Origin: a bacterium
GTDB lineage: Bacteria > Patescibacteriota > Minisyncoccia > UBA6257 > JAGOQP01
Assembly: GCA_021814695.1 (NCBI GenBank)
Contig: JAKAHY010000005.1
Location: 1,364-65,363, forward strand
Direction: 5' to 3'
DNA length: 64,000 bases
Numbering within the stretch: the first letter of the stretch is position 1; every line of letters starts with the position of its first letter. The position numbers were made by a program, and so were the translations under genes. Under the pieces are notes generated by a model. It made no database searches and was not told the origin of the DNA. It saw only the letters and a program-made list of their open reading frames with translations. Positions 20,479 through 28,955 of the stretch are shown here, piece after piece.

Positions 20479-20823
20479 TTAGTTATGTCCTAATTTTAAT
20501 TTTTTGTACCTGTTTTCAATTTTTTTCATTTTAACCTGGAGTGACTTTTCTACATCAATTTTCATCAAGTCCGCGATAAGAAGAGAGCATAAAATAACAT
20601 CGGCAAATTCGTACTTCAAATTATCGTCTTTAAATTTATCGGATTTGTCCTTTCTCTGAAGCGAGTAATGGAATAATATTTCTTCACTGAGCTCTCCCAA
20701 CTCTTCCATAAGTTTTACAACCATAGCAAATACTTCCGCATCTCTGCTCAAGCGGCGCTTATCGCGTTTTCTTAAGCGCTTATTCTCGGCAACCGCAAAT
20801 TTTGTAAGTTTATTGAAATTCAT
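20479..20823 (-). CDS. MazG-like nucleotide pyrophosphohydrolase
   Basis: EELGELSEE and EFADVILCSLLIADL motifs of the small MazG family. Confidence 0.65.
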   Translation of the reverse strand: MNFNKLTKFAVAENKRLRKRDKRRLSRDAEVFAMVVKLMEELGELSEEILFHYSLQRKDKSDKFKDDNLKYEFADVILCSLLIADLMKIDVEKSLQVKMKKIENRYKKLKLGHN

Positions 20824-20988
20824 AAATTATATTTTATTTATTCTCCAAAAACTGCGGGCGTTACTGGATTTGTCCCTCAAAATCATTCAGATTTTATCGG
20901 GATTGCGTTATTCAAACCTATCTTTGCTCGGGATAATAACGGGAAAACTCGTGACCTTTGCAATGCTTTCCCCGTTAGATTTCTGCGG

Positions 20989-21060
20989 TGCACCCTGCAG
21001 GGATCGAACCTGCGGCCTTCGCAATGTGAATGCGACGTTCTACCACTAAACTAAGGGTGC
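20989..21060 (-). tRNA. tRNA-Val (anticodon CAC)
   Basis: Reverse complement GCACCCTTAGTTTAGTGGTAGAAC...TTCACAT...GCAGGTTCGATCCCTGCAGGGTGCA forms a cloverleaf. Confidence 0.8.
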
Positions 21061-21120
21061 AAATAAATCTAGCGGGGCTTAACAGGTAAACGCCCCCTTA
21101 ATTGCCAACGATTAGCATAC

Positions 21121-21165
21121 AAAAAAAGACGCCCTGATACAAATCGCATCAGGACGCCTTTTGTC
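21121..21165 (-). terminator. Terminator after rplL
   Basis: Hairpin gacgccctgat...atcaggacgcc followed by a T-run on the minus strand. Confidence 0.55.
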
Positions 21166-21215
21166 CGTATAAATCGGAGTTTAATCCGCATTTATCCGAG
21201 AATTTTCAATGGATT

Positions 21216-21584
21216 TTACTGTAATTCGACAACCGCTCCGGCTTCCATTAATTTCTTTTTCATTTCTTCGGCATCCTCCTTTTTAACGTTCTCTTTTATC
21301 GGTTTAGGAGCTCCATCAACTAAATCTTTGGCTTCCTTAAGTCCAAGTCCGGTGATTTCCTTAACCGCTTTAATGACGTTTATTTTCTGTTCTCCGGCAG
21401 CCTTCAAAACAACCGTAAAGGAAGTTTTTTCTTCGGCCGCTGCTGCTCCGGCTGCGCCTCCGGCCATTACCGGCATAGCTGCCGAAACTCCGAATTTTTC
21501 TTCCAGAGCTTTGACCAGTTCTGAAATTTCCAAGGCGGTTAATTTTTCAACTTGCGAGACAATGTCTTCTATTTTTTTATCCAT
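21216..21584 (-). CDS. rplL: 50S ribosomal protein L7/L12
   Basis: Ala-rich hinge and conserved C-terminal domain [23 protein letters not shown]. Confidence 0.9.
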   Translation of the reverse strand: MDKKIEDIVSQVEKLTALEISELVKALEEKFGVSAAMPVMAGGAAGAAAAEEKTSFTVVLKAAGEQKINVIKAVKEITGLGLKEAKDLVDGAPKPIKENVKKEDAEEMKKKLMEAGAVVELQ

Positions 21585-21596
21585 ATTTTTTATTGA

Positions 21597-22100
21597 TTAT
21601 TGACCTTTCTTTGATATTTGATCGAGAACATTCGCTAAAGTTCTCAGAGGTGCCTGAACCATTCCGACAAGCTGGCCCAAAAGAATTTCTCTTGTAGGTA
21701 ATTGTCCCAAACGCTTAATCTCATCCGCCGAATAGAACCTCGAAGCAAGAACATCGTACCCTCCCATCATTTTGAATTCCGGAAGTTCTTTCTCTTTGCT
21801 CTTGGCGAAACGATACACGGTGCCGGCCGCATCAACAATATCGCGGGAAGAAAAAATAGTTCCCAACTGCGATTCAAATTGAGCAACATCAACATCGACG
21901 TTTTTTTGTTTGAAAACAAGACCCAGAAGCCTCTTCTTGATGACTTTATACGTGCTTTCAATCGCCGCAAGGGCATTTTTAAGAACACCAACTTCCCGAG
22001 TCGGGGTTTTTGAAAAATCCACGAACACGAGTGACTTGGAGCCTTCAAGCAATTCGGTTGCTTTTTTTATGTCCTGCGTTTTTTGTATTTTTGTTTTCAT
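21597..22100 (-). CDS. rplJ: 50S ribosomal protein L10
   Basis: L10 family; immediately upstream of rplL. Confidence 0.9.
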   Translation of the reverse strand: MKTKIQKTQDIKKATELLEGSKSLVFVDFSKTPTREVGVLKNALAAIESTYKVIKKRLLGLVFKQKNVDVDVAQFESQLGTIFSSRDIVDAAGTVYRFAKSKEKELPEFKMMGGYDVLASRFYSADEIKRLGQLPTREILLGQLVGMVQAPLRTLANVLDQISKKGQ

Positions 22101-22418
22101 TATAGCTTACGCTAATGCGATACTAATATACGAATACATGCGAATAATACGGATGCATTCTAATATTTACCAACGCAAATCGACCTTTTATTTTTGGTCT
22201 CCGGCCCTTGCCTTTTATACAAAAAAGCGGCCAGATTCCCTAAGACCGCAAACAAAAAGTTTGTCTCCTCGGTATGTCTTATTCCCTATTTGGGACGCAT
22301 ACTGTCTGCGGATCTTGTTTTTAATATACTATTTGAAGACCGCAAAGTCAATCCTGAACCTTTTGTAAACACAGGCTCCACCCGTAAGCCAAGGGCAGTT
22401 TATAAAAGGTACGGGATC
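22101..22418 (-). promoter_or_regulatory. Putative L10 leader / 5' UTR of the rplJ-rplL operon
   Basis: About 320-nt non-coding, structured region upstream of rplJ; by analogy with L10(L12) autoregulatory leaders. Confidence 0.3.
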
Positions 22419-22456
22419 AATAAATAAAAAGCCGCCTTATATTCAATGACGGCTTA
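22419..22456 (-). terminator. Terminator after the 22454-22699 ORF
   Basis: Hairpin aagccg...cggctt followed by ttttatttatt on the minus strand. Confidence 0.45.
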
Positions 22457-22699
22457 ACCCAAAACAATATCAGAAGGGCTTCTGGTTGGAGGAAAATGCT
22501 CTCCCCTGAAGTTAATTTCGCATTTAACTTCCGAAATCCTTGCCCCGTCACAACCAAGGGCAGTATTCTGATAGAATTCGACATGATCCCTCACATATGT
22601 GGCAACCAATTCAAAATCACTTGCCCAGACAGATTGGGAGAGCGAAAATCCCATTTCATCTGATCCATATTCAACCACAAACTTTGTCATTTCGGGCAT
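22454..22699 (-). CDS. Hypothetical small protein
   Basis: 81-aa ORF downstream of the giant surface-protein gene. Confidence 0.3.
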   Translation of the reverse strand: MPEMTKFVVEYGSDEMGFSLSQSVWASDFELVATYVRDHVEFYQNTALGCDGARISEVKCEINFRGEHFPPTRSPSDIVLG

Positions 22700-22810
22700 T
22701 TGATTTCCTCCGATGCTGACTAAAATATATGTCCCATTTTAAAAATAGTCAATAAATAAGCCCCGCAATTGCGGGGCTTATTTATTTGCGGACGTCACTC
22801 ACTCAATTTG

Positions 22811-25800
22811 TTATTTGTTCATCACGAACGGTTTTGCCTCAAGAACATCTTCGTCTTTCGTATTATCATTAGTGTCTTTGCGGAAGAAAATCCAGTAGAT
22901 AAGGAATAGTAAAGCGATAAACAGAATAAGATCAAATATCCAATTTCCGAGCAAAGCTCCAAACGCGGTGATAACCGTAGCTCCTAAGGCCGGACCACTG
23001 CCGACAATTGAAGTCAGGTAGGCTGAAATAGACTGGAATCTTCCCCGAACATCATTAAAGTTAAGAACCGAAGAAAAGATTACGGTATCTCCGTTAGAAA
23101 GAGAATCCGAAGCAATTCCATCAATGCTTATAGCTGATTGGAAATTAGCCGCGACCGCCCCAAGATTGTAGGAAATCCCATTAGCATCGTGATTGAAGAA
23201 AGGATAGTTGGTTGAAGAAAATTCAGTTCCCGGAGGCAAGATAACTTTCAGAAATGCGTTAGATAAGTTGTATGTGCATCCGTTACGATAAGTGATAGTC
23301 AAAACGAAATGCTGTCCCGGAGTTAACTGACTGACGTTTATCGAAGGAACAAGCATGAGACACGAGAGTCCGGTAGTGGTCGGCTGAACAATGATCGGAT
23401 TAGTGGGAGTAACCGGATTTACGATGATAGTTTGCTGTTTGGCAGTCGTAAAACTCAATATTGAACCGTAAGCTGTTCCGGAGCCGTTCTGAGCCACTGC
23501 GCGATAGTAATAAGTAGTATTCTGAGCAAGTCCCGAAACTGCGGTTGAGAGATTTGCATATGAACTTCCAGCCCCAACGGGTTGACTGACGGTTTGTGAT
23601 CCGAGACTCATAGTTGTCCCGTATTCAAACCAACCGTTGGCAGAATTGCCATTGGGATTTACCTGCCCGTTAAGCAATGCCGACGTTTGATAAATATACG
23701 ATGCCTGATTGGTTATGACCAAAGGCGTAACGTTGTAGTTATTATTTCCTCCGGTAGAAAAACTCAATATCTGGCCGTAAGTCGTTCCGGAATCGTTTCT
23801 GGCTGCTGCGCGATAATAATAGGTAGTCCCTTGAGACAATCCTGAAACAGATTGATTGAAGTACTGGGTTCCGCTGTATGAACCGATGCTCTGCGAAAAA
23901 GTAGTGTTACCAAGATAGTTATAGTTGGTTCCATACTCAAACCAGGCGTAAGTATTTCCACCATTGGGGTTTACCTGACCATAAAGTGTAGCTGAATTGT
24001 AGGAGACGTTAGAGCTGTTGGTCTGAACATAAGGAGTGCTTCCGTTATAGCAGTTATTTCCATAACATCCGCCTCCGTTGTTTGTAGAGAAACTAAGAAT
24101 TGATCCGTAAGCGGTTCCGGCGCTATTTTGGGCGACAACCCGGTAATAATAAGTCGTGTTGTAGTTGAGTCCGGATATATAAGTAGAGACATTGATTGAG
24201 CTGTTGTTGGAACCGGCCGACTGATAGGAAGTCATGTTCCCTAAGTTAGTCGAAGCTCCATACTCAAACCAGTAGTTGGTGGAACAATTGTTCGGATTTA
24301 CCTGTCCGTTAAGTTGAGCCGAATTCTGATAAACATTTCCGACACTCAAAGACGAGGCCATCGGAGACGAACACGATCCTCCACTGCCTCCATTGGTTGT
24401 AAAGCTTAAAATTGAACCCTGAGAAGTTCCGTAGGAATTCTGAGCAACAATCCTGTAGTAATAAGTGGTGTTAGAAGAAAGATTTGATAAGCTTGCCGAA
24501 TAAGGTTGAGCGCTATTTCCGGAACCGGCTGATTGAAATCCGGTGGAATTACCCAAAGACTGGGAAGTTCCGTATTCAAACCAATATGATGTTGAAGCGC
24601 TGTTAGGATTTACGGTACCGGTTATCTGAGCCGAAGATTGAGAAAGATTATTCGTTCCGCCGGTAACCACAATAGGAGTATTTCCTCCTCCGCCTCCGCC
24701 ATTAGCAGTTGTGAAACTAAGAACTGATCCCTGGGTAGTTCCGTAAGAATTCTGGGCGACTACTCTAAAATAATAAGTAGTGTTAGCCGACAATCCCGTT
24801 ACACCAGCCAAAACATTTTGATTTGAAGTTCCGTTTCCGGCCGATTGAGCCGAAGTCGTATTACCCAAAGACTGGGAGGTCCCGTATTCGAACCAATATG
24901 ATGTTGAAGCGCTGTTGGGATTTACCGAACCATTAAGAGTCGCCGAAGTCTGAGAAACGTCGGAGGCTGAATTGGTAATCGCCAAAGGAGCCGATCCTTG
25001 ATGTGTCTGGCTGATTTGAACAGTAACGCTATCGGTTGCCAAACCGCTTGAATTGCTGCAAGAAATAGAATAGGTGGTCAAACTATAAATAGCTCCGGTT
25101 AAAACCGATCCCGAAGTTGCCCCTCCGGTAGAAAAATTACCTCCGGTAGCATGACATTCGGTGGCATTGGTCGAACTCCAATTTAAAGTTGAGGAACCGC
25201 CACTGGTTACAGTTGTCGGGTTAGCAGAGATATTAGCCGTCGGATATTGTGCGGGCGGATTACTTACACTAACAGTAACGCTATCGGTTGCCGAACCGCT
25301 TGAATTGCTGCAAGAAATAGAATAGGTGGTTGAGCTATAAAGGACTCCGGTTGAAGCAGATCCGGATGTCGCTCCTCCGGTAGAAAAATTACCTCTGGTA
25401 GCATGACATTCGGTGGCATTATTTGAACTCCATTGAATCGTAGATGAATTTCCGGAACCTATAATTGTCGGGTAGGCGGAAATATTCGCCGTCGGTTGTG
25501 AAACCGGAGGCGGATTGTTTATCACGCTTACGGTTGCATTAGCCTGAATGGAACCACCCGAAGAATTTGTACATTGAATTGAAAAAGTTGTGGTGCCAGC
25601 CAACGGAGAAACCTGGTCTTGTCCCTGGGTCGCGTTACTGGTAGAAAAACCGGCTCCGGCCAAAGCATGACATTCGGTGGCGTTGGTTGATGTCCAGTGC
25701 AGATAAGGAGCTGTTCCTAACGAAACCTGAGTTACGGCAGTGCCGTTGGGATACTCTGCCCAAAGATTAGCCGTGGGTTGCTGTTGCTGAATCGATTGTC

Positions 25801-26287
25801 CGGTAATGCTATAAAGTCCGGTTGTATAATATTCGATATTCCCGCTGCCCGGTAAAACATCCCCTACCCCGCCAAAACTGGCGCTCATGGGAGAAAGAGA
25901 GATGGTGTATCCCGGAGCTGCATAAATATCTACAGATTGCGAAATTGATGGCGCGTTTTGAGCCCAAATTGTTCCGGTTACTCTGATGTGATTACCGTCA
26001 CCGGTAGCGCTATAACTGGATTTGGCATCAATAGCGGTAACCGAAGAATTGTTTAAAAAGGTGAATTCGAAAGCAACCTGATCTCCAGGCTTCATATTAG
26101 TAAGCGATGTCGTCCAGTTGTATGTTCCGGCATATGCGTGATTTCCAACCGTAAACATTCCGGATTGAGAAAATGACGCTTGACCGGCAGCCAATGCAAA
26201 AGAAGGCACGAGCGAAGCCGCTACGCCTATAACTACGACCAAAATTGATGATATTTTGAATAATTTATTCATTTTAGAATTAGGCAT
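22811..26287 (-). CDS. Giant cell-surface protein with fibronectin-III-like repeats
   Basis: 1158 aa. Signal peptide; three Cys-containing about 50-aa repeats (NATECHA...SISC.NSSG); six or more about 100-aa repeats (YWFEYGTSQSLGN...TTYYFRVVAQNSYGT...LSFTT); C-terminal TM helix with a short charged tail. Confidence 0.8.
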   Translation of the reverse strand: MPNSKMNKLFKISSILVVVIGVAASLVPSFALAAGQASFSQSGMFTVGNHAYAGTYNWTTSLTNMKPGDQVAFEFTFLNNSSVTAIDAKSSYSATGDGNHIRVTGTIWAQNAPSISQSVDIYAAPGYTISLSPMSASFGGVGDVLPGSGNIEYYTTGLYSITGQSIQQQQPTANLWAEYPNGTAVTQVSLGTAPYLHWTSTNATECHALAGAGFSTSNATQGQDQVSPLAGTTTFSIQCTNSSGGSIQANATVSVINNPPPVSQPTANISAYPTIIGSGNSSTIQWSSNNATECHATRGNFSTGGATSGSASTGVLYSSTTYSISCSNSSGSATDSVTVSVSNPPAQYPTANISANPTTVTSGGSSTLNWSSTNATECHATGGNFSTGGATSGSVLTGAIYSLTTYSISCSNSSGLATDSVTVQISQTHQGSAPLAITNSASDVSQTSATLNGSVNPNSASTSYWFEYGTSQSLGNTTSAQSAGNGTSNQNVLAGVTGLSANTTYYFRVVAQNSYGTTQGSVLSFTTANGGGGGGNTPIVVTGGTNNLSQSSAQITGTVNPNSASTSYWFEYGTSQSLGNSTGFQSAGSGNSAQPYSASLSNLSSNTTYYYRIVAQNSYGTSQGSILSFTTNGGSGGSCSSPMASSLSVGNVYQNSAQLNGQVNPNNCSTNYWFEYGASTNLGNMTSYQSAGSNNSSINVSTYISGLNYNTTYYYRVVAQNSAGTAYGSILSFSTNNGGGCYGNNCYNGSTPYVQTNSSNVSYNSATLYGQVNPNGGNTYAWFEYGTNYNYLGNTTFSQSIGSYSGTQYFNQSVSGLSQGTTYYYRAAARNDSGTTYGQILSFSTGGNNNYNVTPLVITNQASYIYQTSALLNGQVNPNGNSANGWFEYGTTMSLGSQTVSQPVGAGSSYANLSTAVSGLAQNTTYYYRAVAQNGSGTAYGSILSFTTAKQQTIIVNPVTPTNPIIVQPTTTGLSCLMLVPSINVSQLTPGQHFVLTITYRNGCTYNLSNAFLKVILPPGTEFSSTNYPFFNHDANGISYNLGAVAANFQSAISIDGIASDSLSNGDTVIFSSVLNFNDVRGRFQSISAYLTSIVGSGPALGATVITAFGALLGNWIFDLILFIALLFLIYWIFFRKDTNDNTKDEDVLEAKPFVMNK

Positions 26288-26409
26288 ATTTTATCACAAC
26301 ATACGATAAAAGTCAATACATATGACTATTAGGGTTGCGTGTAATTGAAACATACAGCAATAGCGCCAATAATCAAGATCTTATCATTTTAAGAGCCTCA
26401 AAATCATAT

Positions 26410-26452
26410 TTTGAAAACCTTAAAATAACGGGGTGCCTTTGGGGGCACCCGC
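26410..26452 (-). terminator. GC-rich terminator after the 26476-27300 gene
   Basis: Hairpin gggtgcctttgggggcaccc followed by a T-run on the minus strand. Confidence 0.5.
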
Positions 26453-26475
26453 ATCAAATGTTCTAAAAGTGCGAT

Positions 26476-27300
26476 TTAAGGAATCGTCGATCCTGGACGG
26501 ACCGCCTCGGAATGGCCGCTTCCTCCTGACACACCTTCGACGATGGCTCCGGCGACAATTAGCCCCACCGTTGCCCAAAGCACGTTGTGGTTGTTGATGT
26601 CGATGTATACTCGACCCATAACACTTCCGCCCAGGCCGGTACACTCGAAGATGTACGTCTCGTCATGCTTGAGATGCGGAGTGAGAAACTCCCCCGATGT
26701 TTTGCTGTCCGTGTTCAGACCCACACCGCCAAGAGCGTGGCACTCAGAGGTGAACTGCGAATCCCACAGGATTCTGACCTGGGATCCTCGCTTCACCTTC
26801 ATGCCTGCGACATCCTGGCCGATCCACGTTGCTTGAAGCGACAGGGTCGGCTTGGGTGCCGTCCTTGGAACCCCAACGACTTGCGCCGGTTGAGGTACGG
26901 TCGGAGGTGGCGGTGGCGCGGTCGCCTCGTAGCATTGGATGCCGATCGCCCTGGATGTATCCAGGTCGATCGCGGGGATAAATCCGTTTCCACACTGCCA
27001 CAGCACGAGATGTGTCCTGGCGGGAATCACCTTCCCGTTAAACTCAGCGGGAAAAATGATCGGCGTCAGAGGCGCAAGAGACTTGCTCCCCTTGAAGCCA
27101 AAACGCGTTTGCATCAGCCCAGGGACAGGGGCGTCCCACTTGGCCATACACTCCCCCTGCCGAACCGTTCTGTCCGGCTCGATTGGGTCGGTGCCAATGA
27201 CATAATATACATGTGGTTCGGCGGCAATCGCATAGCTGGGAACCAGCCATGCAAAGGCCAAAATGAGACAACCAAAAACAACCCACGTCGTCTTTTTCAT
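26476..27300 (-). CDS. Secreted/membrane-anchored protein encoded in a GC-rich (likely horizontally acquired) segment
   Basis: Strong RBS aaaggagagg; signal peptide MKKTTWVVFGCLILAFAWLVPSYAIAA; poly-Pro linker PPPPPTVPQP; a SECHA-containing domain related to the repeats of the adjacent giant protein; C-terminal hydrophobic segment. GC content is visibly much higher than the surrounding genome. Confidence 0.6.
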   Translation of the reverse strand: MKKTTWVVFGCLILAFAWLVPSYAIAAEPHVYYVIGTDPIEPDRTVRQGECMAKWDAPVPGLMQTRFGFKGSKSLAPLTPIIFPAEFNGKVIPARTHLVLWQCGNGFIPAIDLDTSRAIGIQCYEATAPPPPPTVPQPAQVVGVPRTAPKPTLSLQATWIGQDVAGMKVKRGSQVRILWDSQFTSECHALGGVGLNTDSKTSGEFLTPHLKHDETYIFECTGLGGSVMGRVYIDINNHNVLWATVGLIVAGAIVEGVSGGSGHSEAVRPGSTIP

Positions 27301-27425
27301 CGTCCTCTCCTTTCGTTTTCTAACAGCTTTTTAGATATTATCACAAAATAGTACTTATGTCAATAAAAAGTTGCCAAAAACCCAGCTATTTATCAAATAA
27401 ATGTTCGTTCACAAAATTTATTTCA

Positions 27426-28085
27426 TCAGCCCGCTATCAGGGGAACAAAAGAAAATCCATGAAATGCCCTTTCTTCAAAATCATTCTTTTCTGTTTTATC
27501 CAGAACAACAATGCTCTCCCCCAGCGGAGCGACAATTCTTCCTCCAATAATAAGCTGGTCCTTCCAAGACTCGGGAATCTTATCCGCAGAAGCAGCTGCA
27601 ATAATCTTGTCGAAAGGAGCTTCGGTTTCATACCCCTTTGTGCCATCAAAATTTATAATCTTTGCCACCTCTCTTTCGACAAACCCGTATTTGGAAAGAT
27701 TGTTTATTGCCATCTGAGCAAGAGAATCGATACGCTCGAGAGAGATAACTCCATAGCGTCCATCTTTGTCTTCGGTAATTCCTCCGGGATGTTCAATCAT
27801 TTTGGCAATCAGTGCCGTCTGCCAACCGGAACCCGAGCCAATCTCCATAACCTTATCCCCCGCCCGCAAATCCAGGAGCTCGAGCATAAAGGCAACCGTC
27901 AGCGGTTGAGAAATAGTTTGTCCGTTTCCTATTGAAAGAGGCTCATTATGATATGCAAACTCCGCCAAAGAAGGCGGAACAAAGTCTTTGCGGTCAATCG
28001 CGTTAAAAGCATCTATAAGCAGCTGGGATTTAAGATATCCCAACTCGGTAAGTTCTTTTACAAGCTCGGAGTTTGAATAGGCCAT
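27426..28085 (-). CDS. pcm: Protein-L-isoaspartate O-methyltransferase
   Basis: SQPLTVAFMLELL and VMEIGSGSGWQTALIA motifs. Confidence 0.85.
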   Translation of the reverse strand: MAYSNSELVKELTELGYLKSQLLIDAFNAIDRKDFVPPSLAEFAYHNEPLSIGNGQTISQPLTVAFMLELLDLRAGDKVMEIGSGSGWQTALIAKMIEHPGGITEDKDGRYGVISLERIDSLAQMAINNLSKYGFVEREVAKIINFDGTKGYETEAPFDKIIAAASADKIPESWKDQLIIGGRIVAPLGESIVVLDKTEKNDFEERAFHGFSFVPLIAG

Positions 28086-28150
28086 TTACTATATAATAGC
28101 AGATGTTAAGCGTTGAAAAAATGCCTGTTGTGATGTATTTTGTAAACATT

Positions 28151-28230
28151 GGGGTCATACCTGCCTACCGGCAGGCAGGGTTCAAGAGCTCATTGGTAGA
28201 ATTGCTTCGTCTTCATTAACATTATTAATA
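28151..28230 (+). pseudogene. Degenerate duplicate of the tRNA-Trp 5' half, interrupted by the 20-nt palindrome
   Basis: ggggtcata[cctgcctaccggcaggcagg]gttcaa[gagctcat]tggtagaattgc parallels the start of the downstream tRNA-Trp (ggggtcatagttcaatggtagaattgc). Confidence 0.55.
28160..28179. repeat. 20-nt GC-rich palindrome cctgcctaccggcaggcagg (copy 2)
   Basis: Identical to 14052-14071. Confidence 0.7.
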
Positions 28231-28231
28231 T

Positions 28232-28305
28232 GGGGTCATAGTTCAATGGTAGAATTGCGGTCTCCAAAACCGCTGATCTAGGTTCGAATCCTAGTGACCC
28301 CGCCA
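28232..28305 (+). tRNA. tRNA-Trp (anticodon CCA), 3' CCA encoded
   Basis: GGGGTCATAGTTCAATGGTAGAATTGCGGTCTCCAAAACCGCTGATCTAGGTTCGAATCCTAGTGACCCCGCCA. Confidence 0.85.
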
Positions 28306-28480
28306 GTGTAAAAATAATACCCGCAGTCGTGTTATTTTTATACAAGTGAGTCCTTGGATTCGAATTGGAAAAGGGTCGGGAAAACAACGTTTTCCCGTGT
28401 TGGAAAACAGCGAAGCGTTAGAAACCGAGGGTGTCTAAGGAGAAGCGAAGCGACGACGTGAGATTCCTAGTGACCCCGCA
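28306..28480 (+). mobile_element. GC-rich tRNA-Trp trailer bounded by a direct repeat of the tRNA 3' end (integration scar or mini element)
   Basis: 28462-28480 (gattcctagtgaccccgca) repeats the tRNA-Trp 3' end (28287-28305). The segment holds an inverted T-loop-like ggattcgaa (28356-28364) and the hairpin gggaaaacaacgttttccc. Confidence 0.4.
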
Positions 28481-28483
28481 GAT

Positions 28484-28516
28484 AAAAATAGAGCTTAATT
28501 TTAAGCTCTTTTTAAT
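28484..28516. terminator. Bidirectional terminator hairpin
   Basis: agagcttaattttaagctct flanked by A/T runs, between the tRNA-Trp locus and the convergent 28512-28895 gene. Confidence 0.5.
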
Positions 28517-28895
28517 TCGATCTCTTAAGTTCCGGAGCGAAATAAAGCATCGTCTTCTTCTTATGGCAGATAGGACAGATATATTCGACCTCATATTTAA
28601 AAACGTGCTTATCGTACCAACCTTCGCGAGCCTTGACCCATTTCGTCTCCTCTCCGCTTACCAGCTGCGGCCCAATAACGGCAATCACTTTACCCTGCAT
28701 ACGGTAAGTTTTTCCAAAATTGCATTGCCTTTTTTCGAAAGCCCTGACATCATCCCCGATGTTGAATTTCTGAACTTCGCAACCTTTGGATTCGCATCTT
28801 AATGCGGCAGATTCCGTTCTGTGCTTTTTACCACAAATCTCACACAAAAAACGGACAATGGTCCTGGAAGGGACTGTTCTCTCCACTCTTTTCAC
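28512..28895 (-). CDS. Zinc-ribbon protein (hypothetical)
   Basis: 127 aa; CEICGKK...C.SKGC and CPICHKK motifs. Confidence 0.4.
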   Translation of the reverse strand: MKRVERTVPSRTIVRFLCEICGKKHRTESAALRCESKGCEVQKFNIGDDVRAFEKRQCNFGKTYRMQGKVIAVIGPQLVSGEETKWVKAREGWYDKHVFKYEVEYICPICHKKKTMLYFAPELKRSN

Positions 28896-28955
28896 AAGTT
28901 TTCTCCTTGTTCTGCAAAAATTCTATCATGTAGTACCGAAGTGTCAAATAAAAAT

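Noticed and set aside
20860-20988. Possible tRNA-Val trailer element analogous to those at tRNA-Trp/His/Phe
   Set aside because: Only weak matches (CCGCAG, GGTTTGAAT) to the tRNA-Val T-arm/3' end and no clear direct repeat; not convincing.
26587-27351. 254-aa plus-strand ORF and several other 60-90-aa ORFs inside 26420-27300
   Set aside because: Antisense to the better-supported secreted-protein gene. High GC content suppresses stop codons in all frames, so these are compositional artefacts.
28190-28387. 65-aa minus-strand ORF
   Set aside because: Lies entirely antisense to tRNA-Trp and its pseudo-half; artefact of the ORF finder.
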